Assembly: GCA_946965045.2 (NCBI GenBank)
Contig: OX337237.1
Span: 1,550,001 to 1,614,000, forward strand
From: Epithemia pelagica
Taxonomy: Eukaryota > Protista > Bacillariophyta
Direction: 5' to 3'
DNA: 64,000 nt
Positions 21,368-33,058 of the stretch are shown one piece after another. The notes under the pieces are model-generated. The model ran no database searches. It had not been told where the DNA came from and saw nothing but the letters and a program-made list of their open reading frames with translations. Position 1 is the stretch's first letter, and each line of letters opens with the position of its first letter. The translations under genes and the position numbers were made by a program.

Positions 21368-24300
21368 ATGTCGCAAGTGGACGAATTCGGACGAGCCATT
21401 CCAGGCAGTGGTGGTGGTGGCGGCGGAGGAAGTGGGGGTGGAGATGGTTCCTATTACGATGGACACTCCAACAGCAACAATAGCAATTACAACCACAGCC
21501 GTGGTGGCCATCATTCTTCCTACTATGGAAACCCTGGATCCTCTTCTTCCTATCGCAATGAACGATCTCAAGGACTACCCTCTCGAGGACGATACAATAA
21601 TAGCGGCGAGTATGGCGGCGGCAACTCGCATCCGCAGCAGTCCAGTTATCATCGTCATCCCAGCGATCATCATTCGCATCACAGCAGCAGCAATAGTGGA
21701 CCTTCCTCGCATTCTCCTCACTATTCCTCTTCCCACTACAATTCACATTTGTCATCCGGTCCACCGTCTTCTTCACGACACGGACCATCCTCGCCTCCCT
21801 ATCGCAATCGCTCCGATGGTACTTCCTCAAACTCTGGAGGACGTCGTGGACCATCGGATGGAGGATTGGAAGATGAAATGTCTCCGTCGACATCAGCAAC
21901 AACATCAGCAGCAGCGCCATCGAATGCCCCACCCCCTCATCCCTCGCTCCGATATGTTTCCGATCCTATGCTCTGCGAGTTTCTCTGGAACGAGAAGGAA
22001 AAGAAAGAAAAAGAAACTTCTTTGGAAAATGATGGATCCAAGGACAAGGAACAAGAGCAAGATTCGAATCAGACAAAAGTGAAAGAGGAGGCGGAGTCTC
22101 AAAGTACGGTCGCTGTGAAGCAAGAAGCAAAAGATACGGAGGATGACCCAGCCATGAGTGAAAAGGCTGCAGATCCGAGCAACAAAACCGATCAAATGAC
22201 GTATGATGAGTACCGATTAAATTACGCCTGGACCTTTCTCAAGCACTTTTTCAACCAGCATTTGGATGATTCTTGGTTTCGACAGCAATACTCACCAGCA
22301 TTGATGGTGGAAACAAGCCGAGTGGAACGACGACGATGCCATGCGGAAGCCAATCTGTTACGCCGGCATGTGTCGAACCATGGCAAAAACAGTCAGGTCT
22401 TGATTCGAAACACGGTTTTGACAGTCCCATCATCAAGCCCGAACCCGGCGGTTCCTTCCAACCATTTATTTTCCACCCACGACCGTACCTTGCACGTACG
22501 AAACGTCCCTCCCCATGTCACGGATGAACATATTCGACAGGCGCTATTGCCGTATCTAGTGGATTATGTAGTGACTCAACAAGCTAAGGATCAAAACAAC
22601 AAGGGTGGTAATCACAAGGGCTCGAAGTCATCGGAAAGCAACAGCAAGAAACAACAACCTTCGCAACAAGAAGTTTTGGAGCAAACCCTGTTTGGAATGT
22701 TTTCATCCACACCTCATAATTCCAACACGGAAGTCAGCGCACAAGTTCCCGTGGGTGGCACAGGGGGGCTAAGTGGTAGCGGGGATCACCACCATCATGA
22801 CAACAACCAGTCCACGCTGAGCGGACGTCGATTGGGAGGAGGAGCAAGTGGTGGTGCGTCGAATAGCACGTTACGTGGTGGATCTGTCTTTTTGCATCGA
22901 TCCGTCTTTTGTGTTTGTACTAGCAAGGAAGTGCTGGAGGGCCTGTGGCAAGTCCTCCTGCAACGAGATAAAAATACCAACAGTGCAGGCGGAACTGCCA
23001 ATCCCGACGGAGACAAAAGCAACAATAACAGTGCCATGGGAAATAGTAGCAACGACTCGGTGTCAAGACGATCCGGCGCTGGAGGAGATGTCCATGTGCC
23101 ACGAAAACAGGATGAAGCCTCCAAGAATTCTTCTGCATCTGGTTCTCAGTTGGATTTGGAAATTGATTGTACAGATCCATACGGTCGAACCGAATACGAT
23201 GCCAATGGACGTGGTGGACCACCACCCGATGGTTTGGCCGTTCCACCTCGAAAGGCGGTCGTTGCCATGGTACGGTACGAACAACCTGTCGGGGGTACTC
23301 TTCTTCTTTCCTCCACGTTGTCGAGTCCGATTCGATTTGAAACTGATCAAGAAGCGGCCACCACCATTGCCCGAGCCTTGGATGTTCGACAGCATGTACC
23401 GGTCGAAGATCGATTGGATACTATTTTGGAACAATTCAACAATGAGACGAACAGCAACACTGAAACAGACAAAGAATCGAATCCAAGTAGTCTTGTTCTG
23501 GACATTGCCTTGGCCTATTTACGGAGAGTTCATATGTATAGCTTTTATAAGGGAGTCAAGGCGACATCCTTTGGAGACATGTTGGCAGGACGATCTCCTG
23601 CATCTCAAATGCAACTACGAGATGACGTTGGCATGCCAGAAACACCGGAATCTATTAAAGAGGACTTACTGGTGCAACGATTGGAAGATTCCATTCGACA
23701 AGCACTTGAGGTGGATTGTCACGCCTGGATTGCCAATGCGGACTGGTATGTCGACGAAGAAACGGACCAAGCCGCCCGAGAAATTGCCGACTTGGAAGAA
23801 GAAGCTGCTCAAGAGTGGCTGAGAAACCACGTCATGGACGACGATGGTCGAGCACGTTGTTCCTTTCATTTTTGTCACAAGCTTTTCAAGGATGAAAGTT
23901 TTTTGCATAAGCATTTACTCAAAAAGCATGCTGCGTACAATGCCGCAGAACGAGCCAAGTGTCACGACAAGTTTATGATGTCCGTATGGGAAAGTGCCAC
24001 TACATTGCGACCCTCTGTGCCTATGATTTTGGTGGATTGCGGCAAGCAATTTGGCAAGAAGGAGTCTGCTATTTCCGGTGGAGCAGAACCGCGAGCCACG
24101 GATCCTGAACCAGTGCTGTGGGAACGAAAAGAGTTGGAAGAAAAGTTGCGACAAGAACGACAGGAATTGAGGGCCGCACGACAGCAACAGCTACCACAAC
24201 AGCCACAACAGCAGTCTATGGGCTCGTACAATAGTGGAAACAAGGGAGGTCCACGACCTGCCTTTGTCGATGTCGATGATATGAAAGATGAAACATTGAA

Positions 24301-24370
24301 GGTTAATTTTGATCAAGTGCAATTACCACCCGTGACGAAAAAGAAGAAGAAAAAGCGAAAATTATTGTAA
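21368..24370 (+). CDS. SRRT: SERRATE/Ars2 RNA effector homolog
   Basis: G/S/H-rich N-terminus, FFNQHLDDSWFRQQY, RRM-like LHVRNVPP, LDIALAYLRRVHMYSFY, C2H2 finger CSFHFCHKLFKDESFLHKHLLKKH, C-terminal basic tail. Confidence 0.88.
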   Translation: MSQVDEFGRAIPGSGGGGGGGSGGGDGSYYDGHSNSNNSNYNHSRGGHHSSYYGNPGSSSSYRNERSQGLPSRGRYNNSGEYGGGNSHPQQSSYHRHPSDHHSHHSSSNSGPSSHSPHYSSSHYNSHLSSGPPSSSRHGPSSPPYRNRSDGTSSNSGGRRGPSDGGLEDEMSPSTSATTSAAAPSNAPPPHPSLRYVSDPMLCEFLWNEKEKKEKETSLENDGSKDKEQEQDSNQTKVKEEAESQSTVAVKQEAKDTEDDPAMSEKAADPSNKTDQMTYDEYRLNYAWTFLKHFFNQHLDDSWFRQQYSPALMVETSRVERRRCHAEANLLRRHVSNHGKNSQVLIRNTVLTVPSSSPNPAVPSNHLFSTHDRTLHVRNVPPHVTDEHIRQALLPYLVDYVVTQQAKDQNNKGGNHKGSKSSESNSKKQQPSQQEVLEQTLFGMFSSTPHNSNTEVSAQVPVGGTGGLSGSGDHHHHDNNQSTLSGRRLGGGASGGASNSTLRGGSVFLHRSVFCVCTSKEVLEGLWQVLLQRDKNTNSAGGTANPDGDKSNNNSAMGNSSNDSVSRRSGAGGDVHVPRKQDEASKNSSASGSQLDLEIDCTDPYGRTEYDANGRGGPPPDGLAVPPRKAVVAMVRYEQPVGGTLLLSSTLSSPIRFETDQEAATTIARALDVRQHVPVEDRLDTILEQFNNETNSNTETDKESNPSSLVLDIALAYLRRVHMYSFYKGVKATSFGDMLAGRSPASQMQLRDDVGMPETPESIKEDLLVQRLEDSIRQALEVDCHAWIANADWYVDEETDQAAREIADLEEEAAQEWLRNHVMDDDGRARCSFHFCHKLFKDESFLHKHLLKKHAAYNAAERAKCHDKFMMSVWESATTLRPSVPMILVDCGKQFGKKESAISGGAEPRATDPEPVLWERKELEEKLRQERQELRAARQQQLPQQPQQQSMGSYNSGNKGGPRPAFVDVDDMKDETLKVNFDQVQLPPVTKKKKKKRKLL

Positions 24371-24704
24371 ACAGAATGCACGCTTGGATGATCGTGTCTT
24401 ATAAAGGCCACTGGATAGGAGGAAAGCCAGCAAATGGAAAATGAGCGATACCCAATGCAAACACGAAACTCGTGCATAAGACGTTAATTGTAAGAGGAGA
24501 TACGAAAGGATCTTAGGGGAAAGAAGATGTGAACCGACATGTTCCTAGCAAATGTAGATTTTACTATGTAACTATACAACAGAGTCCAGTTATGTTTGTC
24601 TTTGCGTGGTATTCAAGAATGAAACGTAATGTACAAATGCACCCGTAATGCAGCTAAAATGATTCCTTTTCTCCAAAATGATCGGTCCCTCTCATTTCCT
24701 TACA

Positions 24705-25391
24705 TTAGACGGGAGCCGGCATGTAGGACAAATCCAAATCGTTTGAGGCAGCGGTCACTCGGTTGGTGACAAAGCGGGAGCACCAACCAGCCACAGTCTC
24801 TTGGGCAAAGGGAATGTAGGACAAACAATACCAAGTCATGGCTGCATTTTGGACAATAATTAAAACGAACAAATACAAGCCTTCGGGTCCCCACGGATGC
24901 AAGAATAAAATGGCCAACATGAGGATCAGACTGGCAAAGTAAACTTGAGAGGCCAACCGACGCTTCGTTTCCCATAATCGTTTCCATTGCGTGGTCGGGC
25001 CGACCAAAAAGAAGGAGCCCGCCCATGCCAATAAGTTACCAATCATGGCGTGAATCACCAAGGGACGAGGATTCCCCAACACCAAGGCGCTAATCCGGAA
25101 AAAGGATCCAAACGAGAGCATGTATCCCGCCACAAGACAGGTCCCAAAGCCCAACATGCGTTCCCGAAAGGACAATTCCTTGCACAACCACAAGGATTCC
25201 TCCGTGTCACCAGCACCACCGGCATTGTTACTAGTGGTTGGGTTTGCTGTGCCATCGTTATTCCCGCCGTCGCCCGCTGGTAACAAACTGTACAATGACT
25301 TGTTGGAAGGGGCGTTCGACTGCTGCGGTTGCAACTTCGAGGGCAACAGACTGCGATAATCAAAACCTGATGACTCTTCTTGCGGTGGCAT
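24705..25391 (-). CDS. Got1/Sft2-like vesicle transport protein
   Basis: LSFRERMLGFGTC, GNLLAWAGSFFLVGPTTQ, AMTWYCLSYIPFA; four TM segments; ATG at 25391. Confidence 0.9.
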   Translation of the reverse strand: MPPQEESSGFDYRSLLPSKLQPQQSNAPSNKSLYSLLPAGDGGNNDGTANPTTSNNAGGAGDTEESLWLCKELSFRERMLGFGTCLVAGYMLSFGSFFRISALVLGNPRPLVIHAMIGNLLAWAGSFFLVGPTTQWKRLWETKRRLASQVYFASLILMLAILFLHPWGPEGLYLFVLIIVQNAAMTWYCLSYIPFAQETVAGWCSRFVTNRVTAASNDLDLSYMPAPV

Positions 25392-26145
25392 CGTTGAGTA
25401 ATAGAGTTGCTCGTTCCTCAAGCAGCAAAGATACTTTTGTGTGGTCGTGTGGGCTATGAGCAATGAGAAAGAGATAAAAGTTGTGGAACATGCGAACGTT
25501 GATGGGGATGGTGTTCTTTCCCACAAAGAGAGAACACACCCACTCCTTTGGGGCCAGCCCTTGTCGCGAACAACTTTCTGCTTCCATTATCCATTATTCG
25601 TGGAACGGCTCTTGATGTGGTGAATGCGACTGCGAAAGAATCCGGAATGCGGCGTGGAAGGAGGTGCAGGACATGAGCCGGCGCGCTGGGGGCAATTGTC
25701 AAAGTGTCCACAAGGCTGGTCAAGTCCCCTCATTTTTTGACCGCAACGGCAGATGCCGAAATGTGGGGACCATCCAAAGCATGGGTATGACGAACCACAC
25801 TAGGGGAATCAATGGAGAAGGAGCACAACAGCAAGGTTTTTCAATGGCATCCGTTGCAGTAACATGAACTCCACCTCTCTACCGCTAGCTAAAGATAGGA
25901 GTGAGTGTTCTCTTTCAACTTCAAATATTCTCTCATGGTGGCATACACTGTAAAGGAATGACGCATCGCATTAGACAGAACAAATCCGACCCAAGCAAGA
26001 GTCAACAATCCGTTCTTCTGTGCAAATAAGCTACCCGTACGGAACTTCACATCATCCAAATTGTGTTGTCCGTCGACATTCTCGCAGAGGTTAGTCCGGC
26101 TTCGACATGCTGCCAGGAGTACGAATCAATGCCACAACAACATAT

Positions 26146-26735
26146 CTAAAATGCTTCGCCTGGTTGCAAGCTTTCAATATTCGTAGAAGGGCTGTCTTGG
26201 TCCGTTTGACCCATATCTTGCACAACACCAGTACTTGTGTCGTTGACTTGGCGTAATGGAGTGCCTTCCTTCTCCAACAATTCCCGTGCAGCAGTCTTCC
26301 ATTCCTCTCCCACCTCTTCATGGCTTTGTGCCAAAGTCTCCAAAAATTTTGTTAATTCTTGGAGGGCGGTGGACAGTCGACGTTGGGAGTCGGGTACCAT
26401 CATGCGTGATTCGGCCACCACTTCCTCAAACTTTTTGATATCATAAGGATCCTTCTGTTGCTCTTTCATCTGTTGCAGCTGTGCTTCATTGTCTTTGACT
26501 TCTTGAATGTAATAGTCAACCTCTTTTCGGATTCTAGTAGTAACAAGGAGAACACGAAACAAACGTTAGTTTAGAGGGCAATACAGTTCGCTAAGCTCGA
26601 TTGTGACTCAGAAGACCTAGCCGGGGTAGCGGATCATGGCTGCGCCGAACGCAAGAATTTTCAACAACTTCTTCCTCAGAAAACGCACCGTTGGCAGGCC
26701 TTCACCTTGATCATGAGCTGTCTTTCGGAGTTCAT
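26146..26735 (-). CDS. TBCA: Tubulin-binding cofactor A; exons 26689-26735 and 26146-26533
   Basis: Spliced MNSERQLMIKVKACQR-IRKEVDYY...DPYDIKKFEEVVAESRMMVPDSQRRL; GT-AG intron with CTAAC branch site; total 435 nt. Confidence 0.92.
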
Positions 26736-27976
26736 AATGATAGAGGCTTCAATTGAGGTATAATCCGGAGAGAGAGTCAAACAAGTGAACGAAGAAGGAA
26801 GAGGCCAGAGAAAATGCAAGGCGACAAAAACACAAAAAGGCGGATCTTTGTATCGTGTTGTACCTTACTCTTTGGCGTATGGAGTTATGCGGGCGCGCAC
26901 GAGAGAGCATGCACTTTGCCGCGCCGGAGGACATTCCGTGGCAAGCCGCACCAAAACCGCAACACATTTTAATCTTTCTTCATGTGAGAAACTGAAGACT
27001 AGGAGAAGATGGAGGAGGGACACGACGACCTGCACGAGCTGAAATGGATCTGAAAGGAACTATCACCCAGCTTGAGCTTATGCAGGAAGTTTTGACCTTG
27101 GTTCCCAAGCTTCTTCTCGGTATTGAGTGCCAATGACGTCCATTTCATCTCATTTGTGAGGAGGCAGCGATGAGCCAAATGAGTATTAGATGGGCGCGTA
27201 AAGGAAGTGCATAGAGTTCAGTTTCCTTTGGATTTGTTCGCAGCTCTTAGACGGAAAAGACAACTTTGTTCCTTTGTGTGCACAGCAACAATCACGAAAA
27301 CAACGTTAACAGCAAAAAAGGATGAGTCTATGTCAATTCTCACGAATGAAATCCGAACTAAAGTCCCTGTACACCCTTCGAGTGAACGGCGTTAGTCCTG
27401 TCGACTACCATTAGAAAACGGGAAAGGAAAACAAAATACAGTAAGTGTGAGACGCATGTTCCAAAAAGTGCCTCATCCGCATCCTCCATATGGAAGAATC
27501 AATCGCCCAATCTGAAGACAAAGGAACAGGTTACTTTGCTTCCTTTTAGAGTGGTGAGGAGTCCAACGTGGAGAGAAAATTCGCCCCGACTCCATTCAAG
27601 CGGTAATCTTGTCACCGCGTTTCGACGGGAATGACTTCACCAACCGTTCTCTATGACAATCTACATTCTCTATTTTTAAAATATCCGTAGAGGACTTGTC
27701 TTTTCAAACATCGTCAGGTCTTCTATCAGGAACTACGATTCATCTTGGTGCACCATTTCCTTTCGACACATAGATAACCTAGCATCAAGTAAGCGTAGGA
27801 GCTGACGACAGGAAGGGTAATCGTGTGTGTTCGGACGGCCGGGATATCCCGCGCGTCATTTTTTGTCACACATGTTGCTTTTGAAAAAGGAAGAGTGGAC
27901 GGGACTACAAAAACACCGTGCAAACCTTCCAACATTAATCAAAACGGATCCTCTCGCTGTCTTTGCGTTTGTGACA

Positions 27977-30900
27977 ATGACACGCAAAAGGTCTCGCGAA
28001 GCCTTGCAAGCTCTGTCTGTCAATCAGGCACGACCACTCGGAGCCAATGGGGATCATACAACAAAGAACGATACCAAGACCACAACCTCAGGTCTTCCCC
28101 CTTCTCCTAGTCAACAAAGCTGTGGAGGATCTTCCACCGCTTCAATGGCAGAATCCTTTGCCAGCATTCCCGTGTTCGATGATTCCGAAGCCGCCTTCCT
28201 CTCAAACAATATCACCGAAAGAGTCAAGAAACGGCCCGCGAAGAGGACCAAGCTGACTGGCATCAAAGAACAGAATCGTCACCAAAGACCTGAGCTTCCT
28301 TTCTCAAGTCGTACCAAAACACCAAAGATCAGTAATGTCACTCTCCATATCTACAACGAGGAAGATATGACCGGGAATGGTTGCCGACAGAATGCGGTTG
28401 TCCCTGCTGCAAAGGAAAGACGACCAGCTGGAAATCTCCAAAAGCGAGCAACTGGAAAGCAAATGCGAACCAAAGGGCAAAGCCTGAAAGCGAGCTCAGA
28501 GGGAACTCACGCTGCTGATGCACCCTCGACCAAAATCAAAAGCATCATGTCCCAACCAGGCTCAAAGTCCCTTCAACAGAGTACCGCGACTACAAAGGAT
28601 GAAAGGTCGACCGGGAATCCTCAAAAGAGAGCAGCTTCTAAAGAAATGCAGACCCAAGGGAGGGGCACAGCGATCAGCTCGGAGGGACCTCGGGCCACGG
28701 ATGCAGCCTCCACCAAAACCAAAAGCAACCTATCCCACCAAAACTCTCAGTTTCTTCGAAGGAGTGCTGCGGTTTCCTTGTCCGTTGCTCCTGCTTCTGA
28801 ACCATCCGACTCGGTTGTTGAAGATTCCTGTACCACCAGGACGTTAGCAACCTCCCAAGACAAGACAGAGTGCAAAGAAGATAAAGGACGGAAGGCTTCA
28901 GCAGAAGATCGGTGTCCGAGGGAAGCGCAGTCCGAAAACCATCGGCCAACCAAGACGCGTGCTGCAAGGCCATGCCTTGGTAAAGACAAGCAGAAGATGG
29001 TGCTTTTTGACTCCAGGCATTCCGCTGCTAGCAACAAGGATGGAGCTCCTCCGGAAACTCGGATGCCACCAAACAAGGCGGAGACCGCAAATCATACCGG
29101 GGTGGCAGCACCACAACCAAAACGTCAGCCTTCAGCACCATCAACTTTCAAGGGGTCAATGAAAGTTTCGAAGAGTGGCTGTGTATCACATGATGCGCTA
29201 GTTCCGACCGAAGATGACGGTACCCCGTTCGCGTTTGACGAGCCGCTGGAAGATACAGCCAAAGGCGAAGATGAAATGACTCCGAACGAATCCAAGCCCG
29301 CACCACCAAAGCATCCAAAAACACCACGTCTTCGACGATCCACCAGAATAAGAACAAAGCAAGATGTGCGGTCCCCACTATCTTCGGAAGAGAAGACATC
29401 CAAAACTGTAAGTCATGGGAAGCATCACACGCCAAATACCACGGATGCTTCAAAAACTGATGCTCCATCGCAGCAACCACTTGCAAAAATTGAAAAACAT
29501 TCTCAGTCTCAAGCCAAACCTGGAAGTTCGGAGCACATGTCCCAGATCAAGGAAATAGTTCTCAAAACACCAAGCAAGTTTCGCTCAGCTGGTCGACCTG
29601 AAGATGTGCAACCTCTCATTGGTGCTGATTTTGTGGAGGAATACCGAAAATGTGTACCCGACAACAAAGCTGTCCTCAAGAAAATGCTTGGAAGCCTTGG
29701 GTCCATCAAGTCCGTTGATGACGCAACGCCTTTTGGCGACATTCCCTCACCGAAGCGAAATCAGGTAGGGCTTGTCGTACAGGTGCCCTCTAAGGAGAGC
29801 GACGCGCATGATGACGACATGAGTGAAGTAACATTCCATGCTTTCCGCAAAAAGCGACAAACCAAAAAGCCAGTGGACGGCGAGATACAGGGGTCCAAAA
29901 GTAGCGAACGCCACAAAGATACTACATCTGGAGATGTGAAACAGCGACCCAGCCCAGAGACGAGACTCGCGCAGATTCCAGTCGAGACCAAGGGGACCCA
30001 GACGAGCAACTCTAAACAAGAAAAGAAAGCTGCATGCTTATCGCCATTTCAGTCAAGAACTTGTCCGGAGAAAGGCGAAACAACTCGGGGATCTTCGCAG
30101 CGCCAAGATCAAAGCCTTCACGCCAAACCGCAGTCGAAGAAAACGCTCGAGAGACTCAAGAAGAATCTTGCTCCTCCAGTTCAGGATCGTGTGTCTTCAG
30201 AGTCCCTCGCAAATAAGAACAGCGCCGGAGATAACCCAAAACAGGAGAAGCCCCGAACTTTGACCGAAAACAACACTCCCAGAACTCCGGTAGATGGCAG
30301 GAAAGAAAACCAAGACCACAGCGTGGTATCGGTTCGCTATTCTGAGGCAGACAAAAGCGAGCAACAACAATTTGTTTCTTCATCGGATCACCAGGACAAA
30401 ACGGACCACAAGGAAATAAAGACTTATTCTCCAACATGTGCGACACATCCACCAAGTCAAAATGAACCAAAGTTTAACACCAGACAGGATGACACACCAA
30501 GATCCAACCGGATAGAACAAAGTGGACATGACAGAAAAAGAAAACCCGGGGAGAAGTCGTCGCGACCAACAGGGAGAGATTCCAAACCTATTCCTCAGAC
30601 GAGTCACCTCAAGCCTGAGACTGACACTCAAAAATCGAAAAGTTCAACGAATACCTCTCCCATTAATTGTACAAAATGCACGATGAACATGTGCATTGAC
30701 TCAAACTCGCCTTCCCTCCATCACGACGAAAAGAGCCCTTCACAAAAAGAGATAGAAATTCGTCAACCCACGGGCTCAACTCCACCGAGTCCAAAAAATG
30801 GTGTTAACTCTCTTCCATCGTTTTCACCTTCATCTCTTATTGAACCAGGCTCCTTGCCTCTGTGGACAGCCGAGCTTTCTGGTCACACAAATCTTACCCC

Positions 30901-32674
30901 CATTCTTCGATTTGGGGACGGCCGCCAATTCCGTCATACGCCATTACCTCCTGGGTGGACCATCTCGATTTCCGAAACAAGAAAAGTACCGTACTATCGA
31001 CACCCCGATTTGGGGTCCACGTTTTATCCACCTGTATTAATGCCATCTGAAGATGGTTCAATTCGGTCGAAAGTTATTTTCGTCCATACAGGCACCACGG
31101 CAGAGCACCAACATGGAGAAAAAGAATTTTCGAGAGTCAATGGATCCACTTGGCCCGTTGGTTACGAGCATCTGGTTCAGAACTTGTGTGACTCCCCGTA
31201 CCTTGCAACAACTACACCAAAAACCATGATACCAAGTTACAGTCCCAGTCAGGTGCTTGCAACATCTTCGCAGAAACAGAACGCCAAACTTGAAAGCTCG
31301 GAGGAAACAGAGGCAAGAAGAAAGGAAACTCATGATGAAACGACTTCCCCAGCCTCATCCAATGAAATTGAAGTTTTTCGTTGCGCTAGAAGCAGTGGGA
31401 CAGATGATAGCCAATGTCCTTTGGAGGAAGCTCCCATAGAGAGGGAAAGTAAGGAAATCTCGTCACCTCCAAAAGCATCACCAGCCCAAAAATGTGACGA
31501 GCCAGTGATCTGGAAAGATAGCGACTCACCACTACCATGTGATTTCACGGAAAACGAGGATCTTCTGCAACCAGAGTCAAACGACGATGCAATAGATCGA
31601 GTCCGACTCGACTCCATCCAACTCGCTGATGACATACCGGTGAACGCGAGTAACGACGACAGAGGATCCAATGTCGAAGTAAACGTGAAAGAGCACCCAT
31701 CCAAGACCACATGTTCCGACAATGAAGATATTGACCGATCTGCCTGGCAGACAACTACAGTGGAAACGCTACCACAAATCCCATTATCTCCAAAAGCATC
31801 ATTGTCATCTGGGACTGGCGACCAATTGGACTTGCCAGAGAGTGACTCGCCCCTTCAATGTCATTTCCAGGAAAACGAGGATGGTCAGGTCGCTGATGAC
31901 CTCATGGTGGATCTTGACCTCACCGGAAGCAACGAACAAGAATCCAACATCGAAGCTAACCTCCAAAAGCTCCCATTAAAGACCAACTCCTCAAAAAATG
32001 AAGACATAAACGACAGCGCCAACACATCAAAGGTGGCTCAGTTTCACCAACGGAACGAAACAAATCAACCAAAGCCAGTCCTGGCAGTACATATACCTCA
32101 ACTATCGCCGTCAACGGCGAACATTTCAACCAGGACCGACTCAGTGACGCCAGTTCTTAACAAAAGGGAATCTCCAAGCCCAGGGCAGTCAAGAGTTCAT
32201 CCGGAAGCTGAAGACCTGGCAAAAGATCCACCCGGGTCGCATTTACAAGACGTTTCGCCTTGTGCGAACCATGAACATTCATGTGAAAGTGATCCAGCAC
32301 CAGAACTTCTTTCATCAGGAAGCTCCAGTCCAATGGCTCAACGATTGGACCTGAGTACGCAGCCAGAGTCAATCTCTCGAAAATCGGGGGCCAGTGAACA
32401 TGACCCATCAGCAGATCTGCCGTGCCATGTTCATTCATTGGAATTCATCGACGAATCAAGCAAAGCTGAAAAAGCGTCAGCGATCTCTAGTCTCGAAAGC
32501 TTTAGGAGTGTGGTCAGCCTGCGTGCCCGCCATCCTGCAAAGCCTTTGTGCAGTCTTCAGGATCTGAGCGTTCTCGCTTTGACGACGTCGACAAAGAGGG
32601 CCAGAAAGGCTAAGAAGAAAAAGAAAAAGAGTAAACACGACCACCCCATCCCTTTCAGTATACTTGCGAGGTAA
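27977..32674 (+). CDS. Large low-complexity protein with a WW-like domain
   Basis: 4.7-kb ORF; PLPPGWTISISETRKVPYYRHPDLGSTFYPP at 30941-31033; basic C-terminus KKKKKKSK. Confidence 0.75.
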   Translation: MTRKRSREALQALSVNQARPLGANGDHTTKNDTKTTTSGLPPSPSQQSCGGSSTASMAESFASIPVFDDSEAAFLSNNITERVKKRPAKRTKLTGIKEQNRHQRPELPFSSRTKTPKISNVTLHIYNEEDMTGNGCRQNAVVPAAKERRPAGNLQKRATGKQMRTKGQSLKASSEGTHAADAPSTKIKSIMSQPGSKSLQQSTATTKDERSTGNPQKRAASKEMQTQGRGTAISSEGPRATDAASTKTKSNLSHQNSQFLRRSAAVSLSVAPASEPSDSVVEDSCTTRTLATSQDKTECKEDKGRKASAEDRCPREAQSENHRPTKTRAARPCLGKDKQKMVLFDSRHSAASNKDGAPPETRMPPNKAETANHTGVAAPQPKRQPSAPSTFKGSMKVSKSGCVSHDALVPTEDDGTPFAFDEPLEDTAKGEDEMTPNESKPAPPKHPKTPRLRRSTRIRTKQDVRSPLSSEEKTSKTVSHGKHHTPNTTDASKTDAPSQQPLAKIEKHSQSQAKPGSSEHMSQIKEIVLKTPSKFRSAGRPEDVQPLIGADFVEEYRKCVPDNKAVLKKMLGSLGSIKSVDDATPFGDIPSPKRNQVGLVVQVPSKESDAHDDDMSEVTFHAFRKKRQTKKPVDGEIQGSKSSERHKDTTSGDVKQRPSPETRLAQIPVETKGTQTSNSKQEKKAACLSPFQSRTCPEKGETTRGSSQRQDQSLHAKPQSKKTLERLKKNLAPPVQDRVSSESLANKNSAGDNPKQEKPRTLTENNTPRTPVDGRKENQDHSVVSVRYSEADKSEQQQFVSSSDHQDKTDHKEIKTYSPTCATHPPSQNEPKFNTRQDDTPRSNRIEQSGHDRKRKPGEKSSRPTGRDSKPIPQTSHLKPETDTQKSKSSTNTSPINCTKCTMNMCIDSNSPSLHHDEKSPSQKEIEIRQPTGSTPPSPKNGVNSLPSFSPSSLIEPGSLPLWTAELSGHTNLTPILRFGDGRQFRHTPLPPGWTISISETRKVPYYRHPDLGSTFYPPVLMPSEDGSIRSKVIFVHTGTTAEHQHGEKEFSRVNGSTWPVGYEHLVQNLCDSPYLATTTPKTMIPSYSPSQVLATSSQKQNAKLESSEETEARRKETHDETTSPASSNEIEVFRCARSSGTDDSQCPLEEAPIERESKEISSPPKASPAQKCDEPVIWKDSDSPLPCDFTENEDLLQPESNDDAIDRVRLDSIQLADDIPVNASNDDRGSNVEVNVKEHPSKTTCSDNEDIDRSAWQTTTVETLPQIPLSPKASLSSGTGDQLDLPESDSPLQCHFQENEDGQVADDLMVDLDLTGSNEQESNIEANLQKLPLKTNSSKNEDINDSANTSKVAQFHQRNETNQPKPVLAVHIPQLSPSTANISTRTDSVTPVLNKRESPSPGQSRVHPEAEDLAKDPPGSHLQDVSPCANHEHSCESDPAPELLSSGSSSPMAQRLDLSTQPESISRKSGASEHDPSADLPCHVHSLEFIDESSKAEKASAISSLESFRSVVSLRARHPAKPLCSLQDLSVLALTTSTKRARKAKKKKKKSKHDHPIPFSILAR

Positions 32675-33058
32675 TGCGAGATATCGATGTTTGTGCCCAC
32701 AGATACGCTGCATGACCAAGATAGCTACGTCAAATACACACGTGCATTACATTAACGGAAACGACATCATAAATAAATAAGGCGATGTCTCCCTTGGACA
32801 CGACAATGCCCTCTGTTGACTGGGTTCACACCGACAAGCTCTGAGACTGTTCCTGTAGACAGAGGAGATGTTCTGTGCAAGCGACAAGCAACGCCATTTA
32901 GCAAAACCAAGGACCATTCGCCCTGAGTCAATTTCCATATAACTTTCTTCCAATCAATAGAAAGGACGACCCGGAGCTTGACCAATAACAAGGAGATTCA
33001 TGGAGATTCATCTTGAAGCGGTTCCTACAAGCACGCCAATGAGCATGATGTGGCCTTT

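Noticed and set aside
19523-24370. TatD and SERRATE head-to-head as a functional nucleic-acid-processing cluster
   Set aside because: Divergent pairs ~440 bp apart are routine in compact diatom genomes; no evidence of linkage.
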